Assembly (NCBI GenBank): GCA_947259355.1
Contig: CAMYMF010000010.1
Span: forward strand, 170-64,169
Source: an uncultured Nitrospirota bacterium
GTDB lineage: Bacteria; CG2-30-53-67
DNA: 64,000 nt
Direction: 5' to 3'
The translations under genes were made by a program, and so were the position numbers. Position 1 is the first letter of the stretch, and each line of letters begins with the position of its first letter. Below the pieces are notes generated by a model. It was not told the DNA's origin, searched no databases, and saw nothing but the letters and a program-made list of their open reading frames with translations. This document shows positions 49,907 through 59,195 of the stretch, in pieces.

Positions 49907-51238
49907 ATGGCGTTATCTCAGCTGGAACACCTCCTTCGTCAGATCGGCAACACCGACCTCATGGAGCTGACACAGTTCAATCCCCAGGGAAGGGTGCGGG
50001 TTTTCGCGAAGCTCGAGATGAACAATCTCACGGGGTCCGTCAAGGATCGGCCCGCCCGAAACATGATCGAAGAGGCGGAAAAAACGGGGAGGTTGGAGCC
50101 GGGAAAGACTGTCCTGGAGTCGACGTCGGGAAACACAGGGATCGCCTTGGCGGCCATCGGGCGGGCCAAGGGTTACCCGGTGAAACTGGTGATACCGGAG
50201 ACGGTCAGTCGTGAGAGAAAGGAGCTGCTAGCCGGTTTTGGTGCGGAGATCGTCCTGAGCAGCGGCATGGAAGGTGCCGACGGCGCATACAATCTGGCCA
50301 ACACCCTCTACGAGGAAGATCCGGACAGGTTCTTCAAGGCGGATCAGTATGCCAACCCCGACAACCCCGCGGCCCACTGCAATACCACGGGCGAGGAAAT
50401 CTGGCGCCAGACGGAGGGACAGGTGACGCACTTTGTGGCGGCCACGGGAACAAGCGGTACTCTCATGGGAACCACCCGTCGGTTGAAAACGCATAATGGG
50501 CAAATCAAGGTCTACGGGGCCCAGCCCGCAGAGGAAATGCACGGCGTGGAAGGCTTGAAGAATTATTCGGCCGAAATGGTGCCGGCCATCTATGAACCAC
50601 AACTGCTGGACGGTGTGATCCGGATCGGCACGCAGGATGCCTATGACATGATGGTGCGCCTGGCCAGGGAGGCCCGCGTCTTCGCCGGTCCCAGCGCGGG
50701 TCTCAATGTCTGTGCAGCGCTGAAGCTGGCAGCAGAGCTAGACCAGGGCCTCATCGTTACCGTGCTGCCGGACTCGGGATATCGTTATGTCAGCACGGGG
50801 CTTTTCCCGGACGATCTTTTCGATGTGCATCTGGCATCCCAACAGATGGTGGAGATCACGAAACATGCCGGCAGCGGATACCCCCATGAGGTCTGCGGCC
50901 TTCTGGCCGGAACCATCGAGCCGCACCGCAAAGTGGTCACACGGGTCTTTCCGTGCAAGAACATCAACCGGCAGCGTGCACGGGATCGGTTCGAAATCGA
51001 CCCCCGCCAGTATCTGGAAATCACCGAGGCCTTGACGGAAGACGAAACCATCCTCGGCATCTACCACTCCCACCCCGATCATCCCTCCAGACCGTCACCG
51101 ACGGATCTCTCCCGGGCCTTCCCGGTCTACTCCTATCTGATTGCCGCAACCATCGACGCCACGGTCAGTTCGACCCGCTCGTGGACATTGCATGAAGAAA
51201 AGGGTGTCTTCGAGGAAGAATTCATCAAGGTGACGTGA
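49907..51238 (+). CDS. cysteine synthase (CysM/CysK-type PLP enzyme) fused to a C-terminal JAMM/MPN (Mec-like) metalloprotease domain
   Basis: N-terminal ..LTGSVKDRPARNMI..ESTSGNTGIALA..ATGTSGTLMG... C-terminal ..HEVCGLLAG..YHSHPDHPSRPSPTDL (JAMM motif). Start 49907 or 49877. Confidence 0.85.
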   Translation: MALSQLEHLLRQIGNTDLMELTQFNPQGRVRVFAKLEMNNLTGSVKDRPARNMIEEAEKTGRLEPGKTVLESTSGNTGIALAAIGRAKGYPVKLVIPETVSRERKELLAGFGAEIVLSSGMEGADGAYNLANTLYEEDPDRFFKADQYANPDNPAAHCNTTGEEIWRQTEGQVTHFVAATGTSGTLMGTTRRLKTHNGQIKVYGAQPAEEMHGVEGLKNYSAEMVPAIYEPQLLDGVIRIGTQDAYDMMVRLAREARVFAGPSAGLNVCAALKLAAELDQGLIVTVLPDSGYRYVSTGLFPDDLFDVHLASQQMVEITKHAGSGYPHEVCGLLAGTIEPHRKVVTRVFPCKNINRQRARDRFEIDPRQYLEITEALTEDETILGIYHSHPDHPSRPSPTDLSRAFPVYSYLIAATIDATVSSTRSWTLHEEKGVFEEEFIKVT

Positions 51239-51255
51239 GGCAGAGCCAAGCTCGC

Positions 51256-52635
51256 TCAGCCTCGGGAGCGCCGGGCCGGCTCCATGCCGAGTTTCCTTCG
51301 CAGGGTCAGGCGGTTGATTCCGAGGACCCGGGCCGCTTCTGATAGATTGTCCCGGGTCAAGGAGAGCACATACTCCAGGAGGTGTTTGTCGACCTCCTCG
51401 TGGATCTTCCTGTGAATATTACGCTCCTTGGTCTCGACAAATTCCTTCAAAATGGGAACCAAAGCGGAGGCAAGTGTGTCGGACAAGCCCGCTTGCTGTT
51501 TCGTGGCACCATGGGTGCCGAGATCTTTCAATTCATGGGATGTCAAATAGGCCACTTTACTCAGGGCCATCGCGGACCGGATCGTGTTTTCCAGCTCTCG
51601 AATATTTCCGGGCCAGTCATAGGCCAGCATTTGATCCCTGAACGTGCGGGTCATCCCCTGAATTCGGGTCCGGGTGGTGTGCCGGTATCGGTGAATGAAA
51701 AAATGAATCAACGGCAGGATATCCTTCTTGCGCTTGCGCAGAGGCGGGATGTGGATGGTGGCCACACTCAATCGGTGGAACAGATCCTCCCGAAATTTGC
51801 CCCGCCGGACCATGGCGGGCAGATCTCTGTTGGTCGCCGAAATGACCCGCACGTTGACCTGCGCTTCCTGGGTGCTCCCCAAAGGATAAAACGTCTGGGT
51901 TTGGATGAAGCGAAGGAGTTTTCCCTGGATGGAAAAGGGCAGTTCGCCGATCTCATCAAAAAAGACACATCCGCCGTCCGCGATCTTGAGGAACCCCTCC
52001 TTGGCCGAAAGGGCCCCGGTAAACGCGCCTTTCTCAAAACCGAACAGTTCCGATTCCAGCAGGGTGTCGGGAATGGCCGCGCAGTTGATCACCACAAAGG
52101 GTTTCCCGAAGCGCTGCGACAGCTGCGCGATGGACTCGGCAATGAGCTCCTTTCCTGTTCCTGTCTCACCCGTAATCAGCACCGGGACTTCCACCTGTGC
52201 CAGTCGGGCCAGTTTCTTGCAGACATCCATGATCAGCGCTGATCGCCCGACAATGGCGCACGTGGGATCGATGGTGTAGCTCCCTTTGCCCGTTTCAATG
52301 CGCGCGCTCAACTCCTCGCGGATCTCCTGCAGTTCCTGAATCAAACCGGCAACAACCTCTTTTCTCAGAGGCCGGTGCACAACTTCGTAGGCTCCCGATG
52401 TGGTCGCATCGATGACGGACCCCGTCCTCTTTTCCTGGGTGACGGCAACGACAAAGGTCCGTGCGGCAAGCTCTCCGAGGAGATCGGTGCCCAGGGTGTC
52501 GATATCGAGAAAGACGACACGCTCCGCCCCGGCGGCCCTCCCCGTGAGCACACGAACGCCTTGGGGCAACACAGAGGTCAACTCTCTTTTCAGGGCGGGG
52601 TCTTTCGTCATCAGACGGATTGTTTCGCGCTTCAT
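51256..52635 (-). CDS. sigma-54-dependent transcriptional activator (degenerate receiver, AAA+, Fis-type HTH)
   Basis: ITGETGTGKE Walker A, ESELFGFEKGAFTGA (GAFTGA) and C-terminal NLSEAARVLGINRLTLRRKL. The N-terminal receiver-like domain lacks the acidic DD pair. Confidence 0.9.
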   Translation of the reverse strand: MKRETIRLMTKDPALKRELTSVLPQGVRVLTGRAAGAERVVFLDIDTLGTDLLGELAARTFVVAVTQEKRTGSVIDATTSGAYEVVHRPLRKEVVAGLIQELQEIREELSARIETGKGSYTIDPTCAIVGRSALIMDVCKKLARLAQVEVPVLITGETGTGKELIAESIAQLSQRFGKPFVVINCAAIPDTLLESELFGFEKGAFTGALSAKEGFLKIADGGCVFFDEIGELPFSIQGKLLRFIQTQTFYPLGSTQEAQVNVRVISATNRDLPAMVRRGKFREDLFHRLSVATIHIPPLRKRKKDILPLIHFFIHRYRHTTRTRIQGMTRTFRDQMLAYDWPGNIRELENTIRSAMALSKVAYLTSHELKDLGTHGATKQQAGLSDTLASALVPILKEFVETKERNIHRKIHEEVDKHLLEYVLSLTRDNLSEAARVLGINRLTLRRKLGMEPARRSRG

Positions 52636-52723
52636 CGTATATTTCTTATACAGCATGGTTAATAAATAATCAACATTTTTCGCCCGGGACGGATGAAGAA
52701 CCTCTTTTGGCAAGGCTCGCAGG

Positions 52724-52739
52724 TGGCACGGGAGTTGCT
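52724..52739 (+). promoter_or_regulatory. sigma-54 (-24/-12) promoter
   Basis: TGGCACGGGAGTTGCT matches TGGCACG-N4-TTGCW at every specified position. It lies 112 nt upstream of the 52851 ATG and is divergent from the activator gene. Confidence 0.75.
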
Positions 52740-52850
52740 ATTCATGAGCGAAGGAAAAAGGGGAACTGGATCATCCCACCCATCCCGGCCCGGGTTGAAC
52801 CGGCCGGAGCATCGGTGTTGAAATGTTCATAGGGGGAGAAAGGAAAAACG

Positions 52851-53948
52851 ATGAATGTCAATCTGGAAGAACTCAAGCGGGTGGGAATCATTGCGCAGCG
52901 GCAGAAGGACTATTTCCTGTTCCGGCTGCGCACGGTGGCCGGTGAATTGACGGCGGAGCAATTGAGTGCAGCCGCGGCCATCTCGAGGGAATATGCAGAC
53001 GGCAAAGTGCATCTGAGCACACGTCAGGGGGTAGAGATCCACAACATACATGTGAGCAGACTGCGGGAAGTGAGCGACAGGCTCGAAAAAGAAGGGATCA
53101 CCCTCGGCGCCTGCGGCCCGCGGGGCAGGGGCATCGTAGCCTGCCCGGGACGGGCAACCTGTGCATTCGGCTTGGTCGACACCAAGGAACTCGCGGGCGA
53201 GCTGGACCGCGAGTATTTCCGTAAAGACGCTCCCCATAAATTCAAGATCGGTGTCTCGGGCTGCCCCAACAACTGCTCCAAACCAATCGAGAATGACATC
53301 GGGGTGATGGGAGGGGTCTTGCCGGGCTGGCAGAAGGACCAATGCATCCATTGCCGCCTCTGTCTGCATATCTGCCCGACGGAGGCATTGGAGAATCGGG
53401 AAGACCACTATATTCTGGACCTGGAAAAGTGCATCCTGTGCGGTCTCTGCATTGTCAACTGCCCGGCCAATGCCTGGGAGCCGAGACAGCGCGGCTATAC
53501 ACTCTTCCTGGGCGGCACCATGGGTAAGAAGCCCCGGCTCGCCAGCCGGGCAAAAATCTTGATTGAATCGAAAGAAGAACTGCTGCGCTTCATCAAGGCC
53601 GCCTTTGACTTCTATGTTCACCATGGGCGGAAGAAGGAGCGCTTCGGCCACACGCTCGACAGAGTCGGCCTTGAGCGGGCCCTGGAACAGATACTGGCCA
53701 AAGAGACTCAGACCCTGGACCTCCGGGGGGTCAGCTGTCCCATGAATTTTGTCCGGGCAAAACTCGCAATCGAGGATATTGATGAGGGGCAGCGGATCGA
53801 GTTCTTTCTCGATGAAGGGGAGCCGCTGGTCAATGTGACAAGGAGCTTGAAAAACGAAGGCCATCGGGTCCTCCATGTGGCGCCGGAGGAAAGATATTTC
53901 AGGGTGCTTGTCGAAAAGCGGACCCACAAGTTCGCCCGGGCGGTTTAA
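52851..53948 (+). CDS. sulfite/nitrite-reductase-like sirohaem-[4Fe-4S] protein with ferredoxin insert, fused to a C-terminal TusA/SirA-like domain
   Basis: ACPGRATC and GCPNNC (the Cx5C..Cx3C sirohaem-cluster signature), CIHCRLCLHICP and CILCGLCIVNCP, and a C-terminal LDLRGVSCPMNFVRAKLAIEDIDEGQRIEFFLDEGEP (TusA-type CP motif). Confidence 0.8.
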   Translation: MNVNLEELKRVGIIAQRQKDYFLFRLRTVAGELTAEQLSAAAAISREYADGKVHLSTRQGVEIHNIHVSRLREVSDRLEKEGITLGACGPRGRGIVACPGRATCAFGLVDTKELAGELDREYFRKDAPHKFKIGVSGCPNNCSKPIENDIGVMGGVLPGWQKDQCIHCRLCLHICPTEALENREDHYILDLEKCILCGLCIVNCPANAWEPRQRGYTLFLGGTMGKKPRLASRAKILIESKEELLRFIKAAFDFYVHHGRKKERFGHTLDRVGLERALEQILAKETQTLDLRGVSCPMNFVRAKLAIEDIDEGQRIEFFLDEGEPLVNVTRSLKNEGHRVLHVAPEERYFRVLVEKRTHKFARAV

Positions 53949-54070
53949 TGCAGCCTAATCACGATGGCCAAAGCTTCGTCAAACGAGCCCCGTGGAAACA
54001 GAGTCCGGCTGTGCCCTGGAAAACGCCCACCTCCTTGAGCACGTAGAAGCAAAAGTAACTGGACCTCATA

Positions 54071-54463
54071 ATGTGCAGAGTACTCGTCATTCATAACCAA
54101 GGGATGTCTTTGGACACGTTTCGATTCTTGTTCATGCAATCGGGATATCATGTTGAAACGGCGACCAGTGGAGAACAGGGGATTCAGAAGCTGGAGGCGA
54201 TACGGTTTGATCTGGTTATCACGGATGTGCGTTCGCCAGGGATCGATGGGCGTCGGATTGCCCGTCACATCAGAAATTCGGGTCGCCGGTATTTACCCAT
54301 TGTTGCGATTTCCTCGACGCCCCTGGCGCGGCAGTTTGATTTCGACCTGGTCATTTCTAATCTCTTGGACATGATCCTCCTGAGAGGATTTCTAAAAAAA
54401 ATGACTTCCAATAACTCACTCCGTGACGATCTCGGACCACCGTCGGGGTCCCCGGAATCATAA
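54071..54463 (+). CDS. single-domain response-regulator receiver protein (atypical acidic pocket)
   Basis: CheY-like fold pattern ..FDLVITDVRSPGIDG..PIVAISS.., but the N-terminus reads VLVIHNQG instead of the usual ..DD... Confidence 0.7.
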   Translation: MCRVLVIHNQGMSLDTFRFLFMQSGYHVETATSGEQGIQKLEAIRFDLVITDVRSPGIDGRRIARHIRNSGRRYLPIVAISSTPLARQFDFDLVISNLLDMILLRGFLKKMTSNNSLRDDLGPPSGSPES

Positions 54464-54559
54464 GAGTGTCTGAAACGTCGACCGCCAAGGTGCGGTGAAA
54501 ACGGCCGAGATTACAGATAGTGGGAAGGAAGTGCTCGCCTGATCGAGCCGTTTGAATGT

Positions 54560-55144
54560 TCAGTTTCCCTCGCGCACCCCTTTCTTCTTGGTTCTCTCCG
54601 GATAGATATAACTGATGGGGGGATTCTTGGCAGAGGGATTCGTCGGCGCATAGGCCACCACTTCAAACCCCGAAAGGCGAAGCTCGCCCTTCACCTTGGT
54701 CATGTAGAGCTGCACAACGGCGTCGCTCCTGCCTCTGAGCAAATAGTTGGAACTGACCAGGTCATAGTGCACGAAAGCGTTTTTCAGGGCGGCCTCATCG
54801 AGCACCTTGCTTCGCGGGACCAGCTGAATTCGCTCATAGGTCCCACTGAAGCCATAGGTCTTCTTCAGTTTCTGGTTGAGGCGACGCAGGGTGCGGGTCC
54901 CCACTTTTTGCCTGATCTTCGGTGCGAGCACCGGTTTGATCGACTCCAGCTTGTAGCTCACGAATTTTTCGATGCAGGCCTGTTCGAAGGCCTCTGCTTC
55001 CGGCACGGAACTCTTGGACACCACATCGTACTCCATCCGCCCGTCATCATAATGATGGTATCCCAGGTGGTATTTGCTGATCGAGAAGCAGCCGCTCAGC
55101 AGTAAACCGAGCAGCAGACTTGCGGCAAAGCGTCTATCAACCAT
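54560..55144 (-). CDS. hypothetical lipoprotein
   Basis: MVDRRFAASLLLGLLLSGC lipobox. No recognised domain. Confidence 0.6.
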   Translation of the reverse strand: MVDRRFAASLLLGLLLSGCFSISKYHLGYHHYDDGRMEYDVVSKSSVPEAEAFEQACIEKFVSYKLESIKPVLAPKIRQKVGTRTLRRLNQKLKKTYGFSGTYERIQLVPRSKVLDEAALKNAFVHYDLVSSNYLLRGRSDAVVQLYMTKVKGELRLSGFEVVAYAPTNPSAKNPPISYIYPERTKKKGVREGN

Positions 55145-55458
55145 GAAGCTTCCTTTCGTCCATCGCACCATCCGTCCCCGTCAGTCCATGTGGCAAGGCT
55201 CCATCGGGCGCGCGCCGCCGATACAGAATCAGAGACAACATGTTATCAGTCTATAAACAAGCCGTGGGGCTGTCAAAATGTTTTTTCCGCTCTCACAGGT
55301 GGGCACCAGATACGCCTAGCGGCAAGCCTGCGGCCGGAGAGGCTTCCCGTGCAAGGCATCGATCAAAGAGCGGCCGTCGGATTTCTTATCGGCCGGACCA
55401 CAGCAACACTTGATCCATTGGAGAAGTTTAGGGAAAGGCTCGGAGGGCAAAGCAAATC

Positions 55459-55519
55459 CGGTGCCCGACCACCGTCCGCGGGGGGCAAGGGGATCCCCCC
55501 TGGCCGGTGTCGGGCACCG
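55459..55519 (-). terminator. large GC-rich hairpin downstream of the small PEP-CTERM gene
   Basis: CGGTGCCCGAC (55459-55469) pairs with GTCGGGCACCG (55509-55519), with an inner G6/C6 pairing. A U-rich tract follows on the minus strand. Confidence 0.45.
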
Positions 55520-55530
55520 CGCAGACAACG

Positions 55531-55812
55531 TTATTCAGCTTTGTGGTACTTGCGAGCGTAGGCCGCTCCCGAAAGGAGCGAAACACCGAGTAGAACAAGT
55601 GTGGCAGGCTCAGGCACGGGCGCTGCCGCTTTGTCGTCCTCACTCGAATTGTCATCCCGGTAAAGCTTGTCTATTTTTGCAGTCTTGGTTTTATAGGCCT
55701 TTTCACTCTTCTTCGCGTGGGGCCGGTCCAGACCATCCTTTTTCGGATAACCATAGGCTGCACCCGATCCCACAAGGAAAAGCACAACCATCAGTACGAT
55801 CCATCGTTTCAT
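55531..55812 (-). CDS. small PEP-CTERM sorting-domain protein (93 aa)
   Basis: Signal peptide, Lys-rich middle, and C-terminal VPEPATLVLLGVSLLSGAAYARK. GGAGAGGAGG SD. Confidence 0.8.
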   Translation of the reverse strand: MKRWIVLMVVLFLVGSGAAYGYPKKDGLDRPHAKKSEKAYKTKTAKIDKLYRDDNSSEDDKAAAPVPEPATLVLLGVSLLSGAAYARKYHKAE

Positions 55813-56503
55813 AGCGTCTAACCTCCTCTCCACGACTTCATGATTCGCGACGCTCTGCTGGAACTTTCCCGTAACAGAGAGGCAACGGCGCTCTTTCTCT
55901 TATCCGTCCGACGAATTCGGATCGACAAAACTTCACCAAATGCTTCCAATCACAAACCCGTGAAAAAGCAAGATGGATGCCAAACTTACAACCTATTGTT
56001 TTTACGCAAATTTCTGCCCCAGCAACACAGAACTGCCCGACGATGGGCAAGGAAGTGTAAAGATTGCCGACAGTTGGCCCTCTACCTCTGGGCAGAGGGT
56101 AGAAACTCTATCAAATACAATATGTTAGGGTTGTAAGCCTTCTCGACAGGGCCTAAAAAATCAGATATAAGACGTTTTTGATCTAAAAAACCAGAATTAT
56201 GAACCTAAGGACCCAAAATACCCTGTTAATAACTCTCAAAGTGCTCATTCTGGCATAGAAGAGGGTCTGTCTTTCCCGGCCGGGGGCTCAAAGCTCGCCG
56301 CGCGTTGCGGCCATGGCATAGGGGCACCTTGAGGGTGAGGCCACCGGACGCAACGCTGGCCGGCCAGATTATGAATCGCATATTCCTTCGAATCCTGTTA
56401 TCCTGTCGCAGCGTTCCCTGGCCGCTTGCCCTTTGACAGCGGCTGAGAGGCGCCCACCCGGGGGCCCCCTCTCGAAACCGATGCGTCATCGATCCTCAAT
56501 GCC

Positions 56504-57730
56504 ATGAGCCCACTTCACATAACCCTGCTGCTCTGTGCTGCGGAAGTGCTGGGACTGGCCGGTCTTGCCACCTTCCCTTCCCTGCTCCCCTATTTCATGG
56601 AAGCCTGGCAGTTGAGCAACACCGAAGCCGGGTGGTTGAGCGCCATCTACTATGCCGCCTACGTGGTCATGGTACCCATGCTGACGGCCGTCACTGACCG
56701 GCGGGACGCCCGCAACATACTGCTCGCAAGTCTGGCAATCGGCGCGCTGGCCTCCCTGGGGTTTGCCTGGGGGGCCCAGGGGTTTTGGTCCGCGCTGGTG
56801 CTCCGTTTTCTGGCGGGAGTGAGCCTGGCGGGCATCTATATGCCCGGTCTCAAACTGCTCAGTGACCATACGGAAGGCCCGCGCCAGTCACGTTACGTCT
56901 CCTTCTACACGGCGTCTTTCAGCTTGGGCGCGAGCCTCTCCTACTTCATGGCGGGCGAGGTATTCGCTCTGCTTGACTGGCGCTGGAGCTTCGGGGTGGC
57001 GGGTTCTTTCACGTTCCTGGGCGCGCTCCTCGTCTGGCTCTGGGTCCCGGCGGGACGGATGCCAGCGTCCGTGAGCCGGCGGGCGGGCCAAAACAGTCTC
57101 CGCGCCGTTCTGCGCAACCGAAATACCATGGCCTTTGTCCTGGCCTATGCCGCCCATATGTGGGAACTTTTCAGCATGCGATCGTGGATGGTGGCATTCC
57201 TGGACTACTCCCGCCGCCTGCAGCCGGCGGGGACGCTCGACTGGAGCCCCACGCAGGTGGTGGCCCTCATCAATCTGATCGGGCTGCCGGCCAGCATCGC
57301 CGGCAATGAGTTGTGCCGTCGTTTCGGGCGCAAAAAAGTACTGGTACGCATCATGGTCGCGTCTGCCCTGCTCAGCGCGGGGCTTGGCTTCGCCGCGCCC
57401 CTCCCCTATGGCGTGGTCGTCTCTCTGGGATTGCTCTATGGGGTTTTCGTCCTGGGGGACTCCGCGTCGCTGACGGCGGGTGCGGTTGCCAGCGCGCCGG
57501 CCGGCGGGCGCGGGGCAACCCTCGCGGTGCACTCCACCTTCGGCTTTGGTGCAGCGTTCCTCGGCCCCCTGGCGACGGGCATCATCATGGATATTCTTGG
57601 GGGAAACACAGGCCTCGCCTGGGGTGCAGCCTTTATCACCATGGGAGCCGGCTGTGCTCTGGGGCCGCTGGCACTGAACCTTCTCCACGAGGAGAAACCC
57701 GGGGAACGCGACCCGGGTCTATCATTGTGA
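56504..57730 (+). CDS. MFS transporter
   Basis: About 12 predicted TM helices; 408 aa. Confidence 0.85.
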   Translation: MSPLHITLLLCAAEVLGLAGLATFPSLLPYFMEAWQLSNTEAGWLSAIYYAAYVVMVPMLTAVTDRRDARNILLASLAIGALASLGFAWGAQGFWSALVLRFLAGVSLAGIYMPGLKLLSDHTEGPRQSRYVSFYTASFSLGASLSYFMAGEVFALLDWRWSFGVAGSFTFLGALLVWLWVPAGRMPASVSRRAGQNSLRAVLRNRNTMAFVLAYAAHMWELFSMRSWMVAFLDYSRRLQPAGTLDWSPTQVVALINLIGLPASIAGNELCRRFGRKKVLVRIMVASALLSAGLGFAAPLPYGVVVSLGLLYGVFVLGDSASLTAGAVASAPAGGRGATLAVHSTFGFGAAFLGPLATGIIMDILGGNTGLAWGAAFITMGAGCALGPLALNLLHEEKPGERDPGLSL

Positions 57731-57740
57731 GCCCCCCGTC

Positions 57741-58190
57741 TCACTGCTGCGCGCGCCACGAGAGACAGCATTTCTTGAATTTCTTCCCGCTGCCGCAGGG
57801 ACACGGATCGTTTCGACCGACGTCGGTGTAGGCCTTTCGGAAGGTCTCACCCCGCATCGAACCATCGTCTCGGAAACGACCGAGATACTCCGGTGTCAGA
57901 CGTAACACCGCGTCGGCCAGCTCCTTTGCGTCGGGGAAGTGCCCCGTGGTAGCAAGATAACCAAAGAAGCCCTGGAGCAACTCGGGAAACCCTTTTCGGA
58001 CCGGCACCGGCAGGTCAAGGCGGCCCACCCCGTTGAGCGACTCCGGCAGTCCACCCACGCGGAGATCGCTTCCTCCGTGCTCGCACCAGAACAGCAGGAG
58101 CGCCTCGGCATGCTCTTTGAGCTTCGAATCAAGGAAACGGAAATGCTCTGAAGCACAGTAATCCGATACCGCGTCGCGCAACGCCTTCAT
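57741..58190 (-). CDS. SEC-C motif domain protein
   Basis: C-terminal [30 protein letters not shown] before the ATG at 58190. Confidence 0.75.
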
Positions 58191-58525
58191 GCCTTTGTCC
58201 TCACCTTTCTGTCTCCCTGCCCAGAGCAGGCCATACTGAATGTCCATCATGGACCCAGTACGCCGGGTTCCCCGCCTTCAATCTTTCGAGAACCGTTGAC
58301 GGCCCGCTGCCGACGGCAGTGCGTTGGCCAGTATATAATGATTCGCATCCTCTGTCATGCTTCTTTCTCGCCACCGAATGCCGCGCGCTGTGCTGCACCC
58401 CCGGCCCGAAGGACCGCCGATTGCGTAGACGGGGCCTCGGGCAAAACGGACTTGACAAGGGTTCACAGCTAGGGATAGATAAGTTGGGGAAAAAGGATGA
58501 AACGTTCGCGAGAAGGAGGCAGAAG

Positions 58526-58975
58526 ATGATCGACGCTCGCCGATACTTGGTCAGTTGTGTAATTCTTGGAGGAGCTCTTGTCCTGCTCGCAGCCTGCGCC
58601 ACCACGGCTGTATCCCCAGGGCCGGAAGTGAGAAAGGACGTCGTCTACACCTGCGATTGCGGCCCCCAGTGCCAGTGCAATGCCGTTAGCACCGAGGCGG
58701 GGAAGTGCGCCTGCGGGAAGCCTCTCAAATGGGGTCACGTCGTGAGGGTGGAAGGAAACGACGCCCTGGTGTGCCAGTGTGCAGAAGGGTGCCGGTGCGC
58801 CGGTCTCGGTCCGAACGATTCCACCAAATGTGCCTGCGGCAATCCCGTGAAACGGGTGAACCTGGCTGGGACCGGGGTCCACTTCTGCAACTGCGGCGGC
58901 TCCTGCACATGCAACACTGTGTCCCATCGAGCGGAGCAGTGTAAGTGCGGCATGGAATTAAAGAAGGTGGATTAG
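58526..58975 (+). CDS. cysteine-rich triple-repeat lipoprotein (metallothionein-like?)
   Basis: Lipobox LLAAC and a GGAGG SD. Three repeats of C-x-C-x3-C-x-C-x8-9-C-x-C-G-x-(P/E)-(L/V)-K, six Cys each. Confidence 0.7.
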   Translation: MIDARRYLVSCVILGGALVLLAACATTAVSPGPEVRKDVVYTCDCGPQCQCNAVSTEAGKCACGKPLKWGHVVRVEGNDALVCQCAEGCRCAGLGPNDSTKCACGNPVKRVNLAGTGVHFCNCGGSCTCNTVSHRAEQCKCGMELKKVD

Positions 58976-59195
58976 CGTCACATCCGCTCAATAATAACAT
59001 TTCTTCATGAAGGGACATTGGCTGCACGATGTGCTGGACGCGACGTCGCACCGCTCGACCACAGACACCTGGTTGCACCCAACGGATTCCCGCCCCGCCC
59101 GGACGTAACCAAAGTGCTTGTTAGAGAAAGCGATGCAGGGGCCCGCCTGCAACATCTCGCCCAGGAAGGCTGCCGCCAAAGGCCGATCCGAACAG

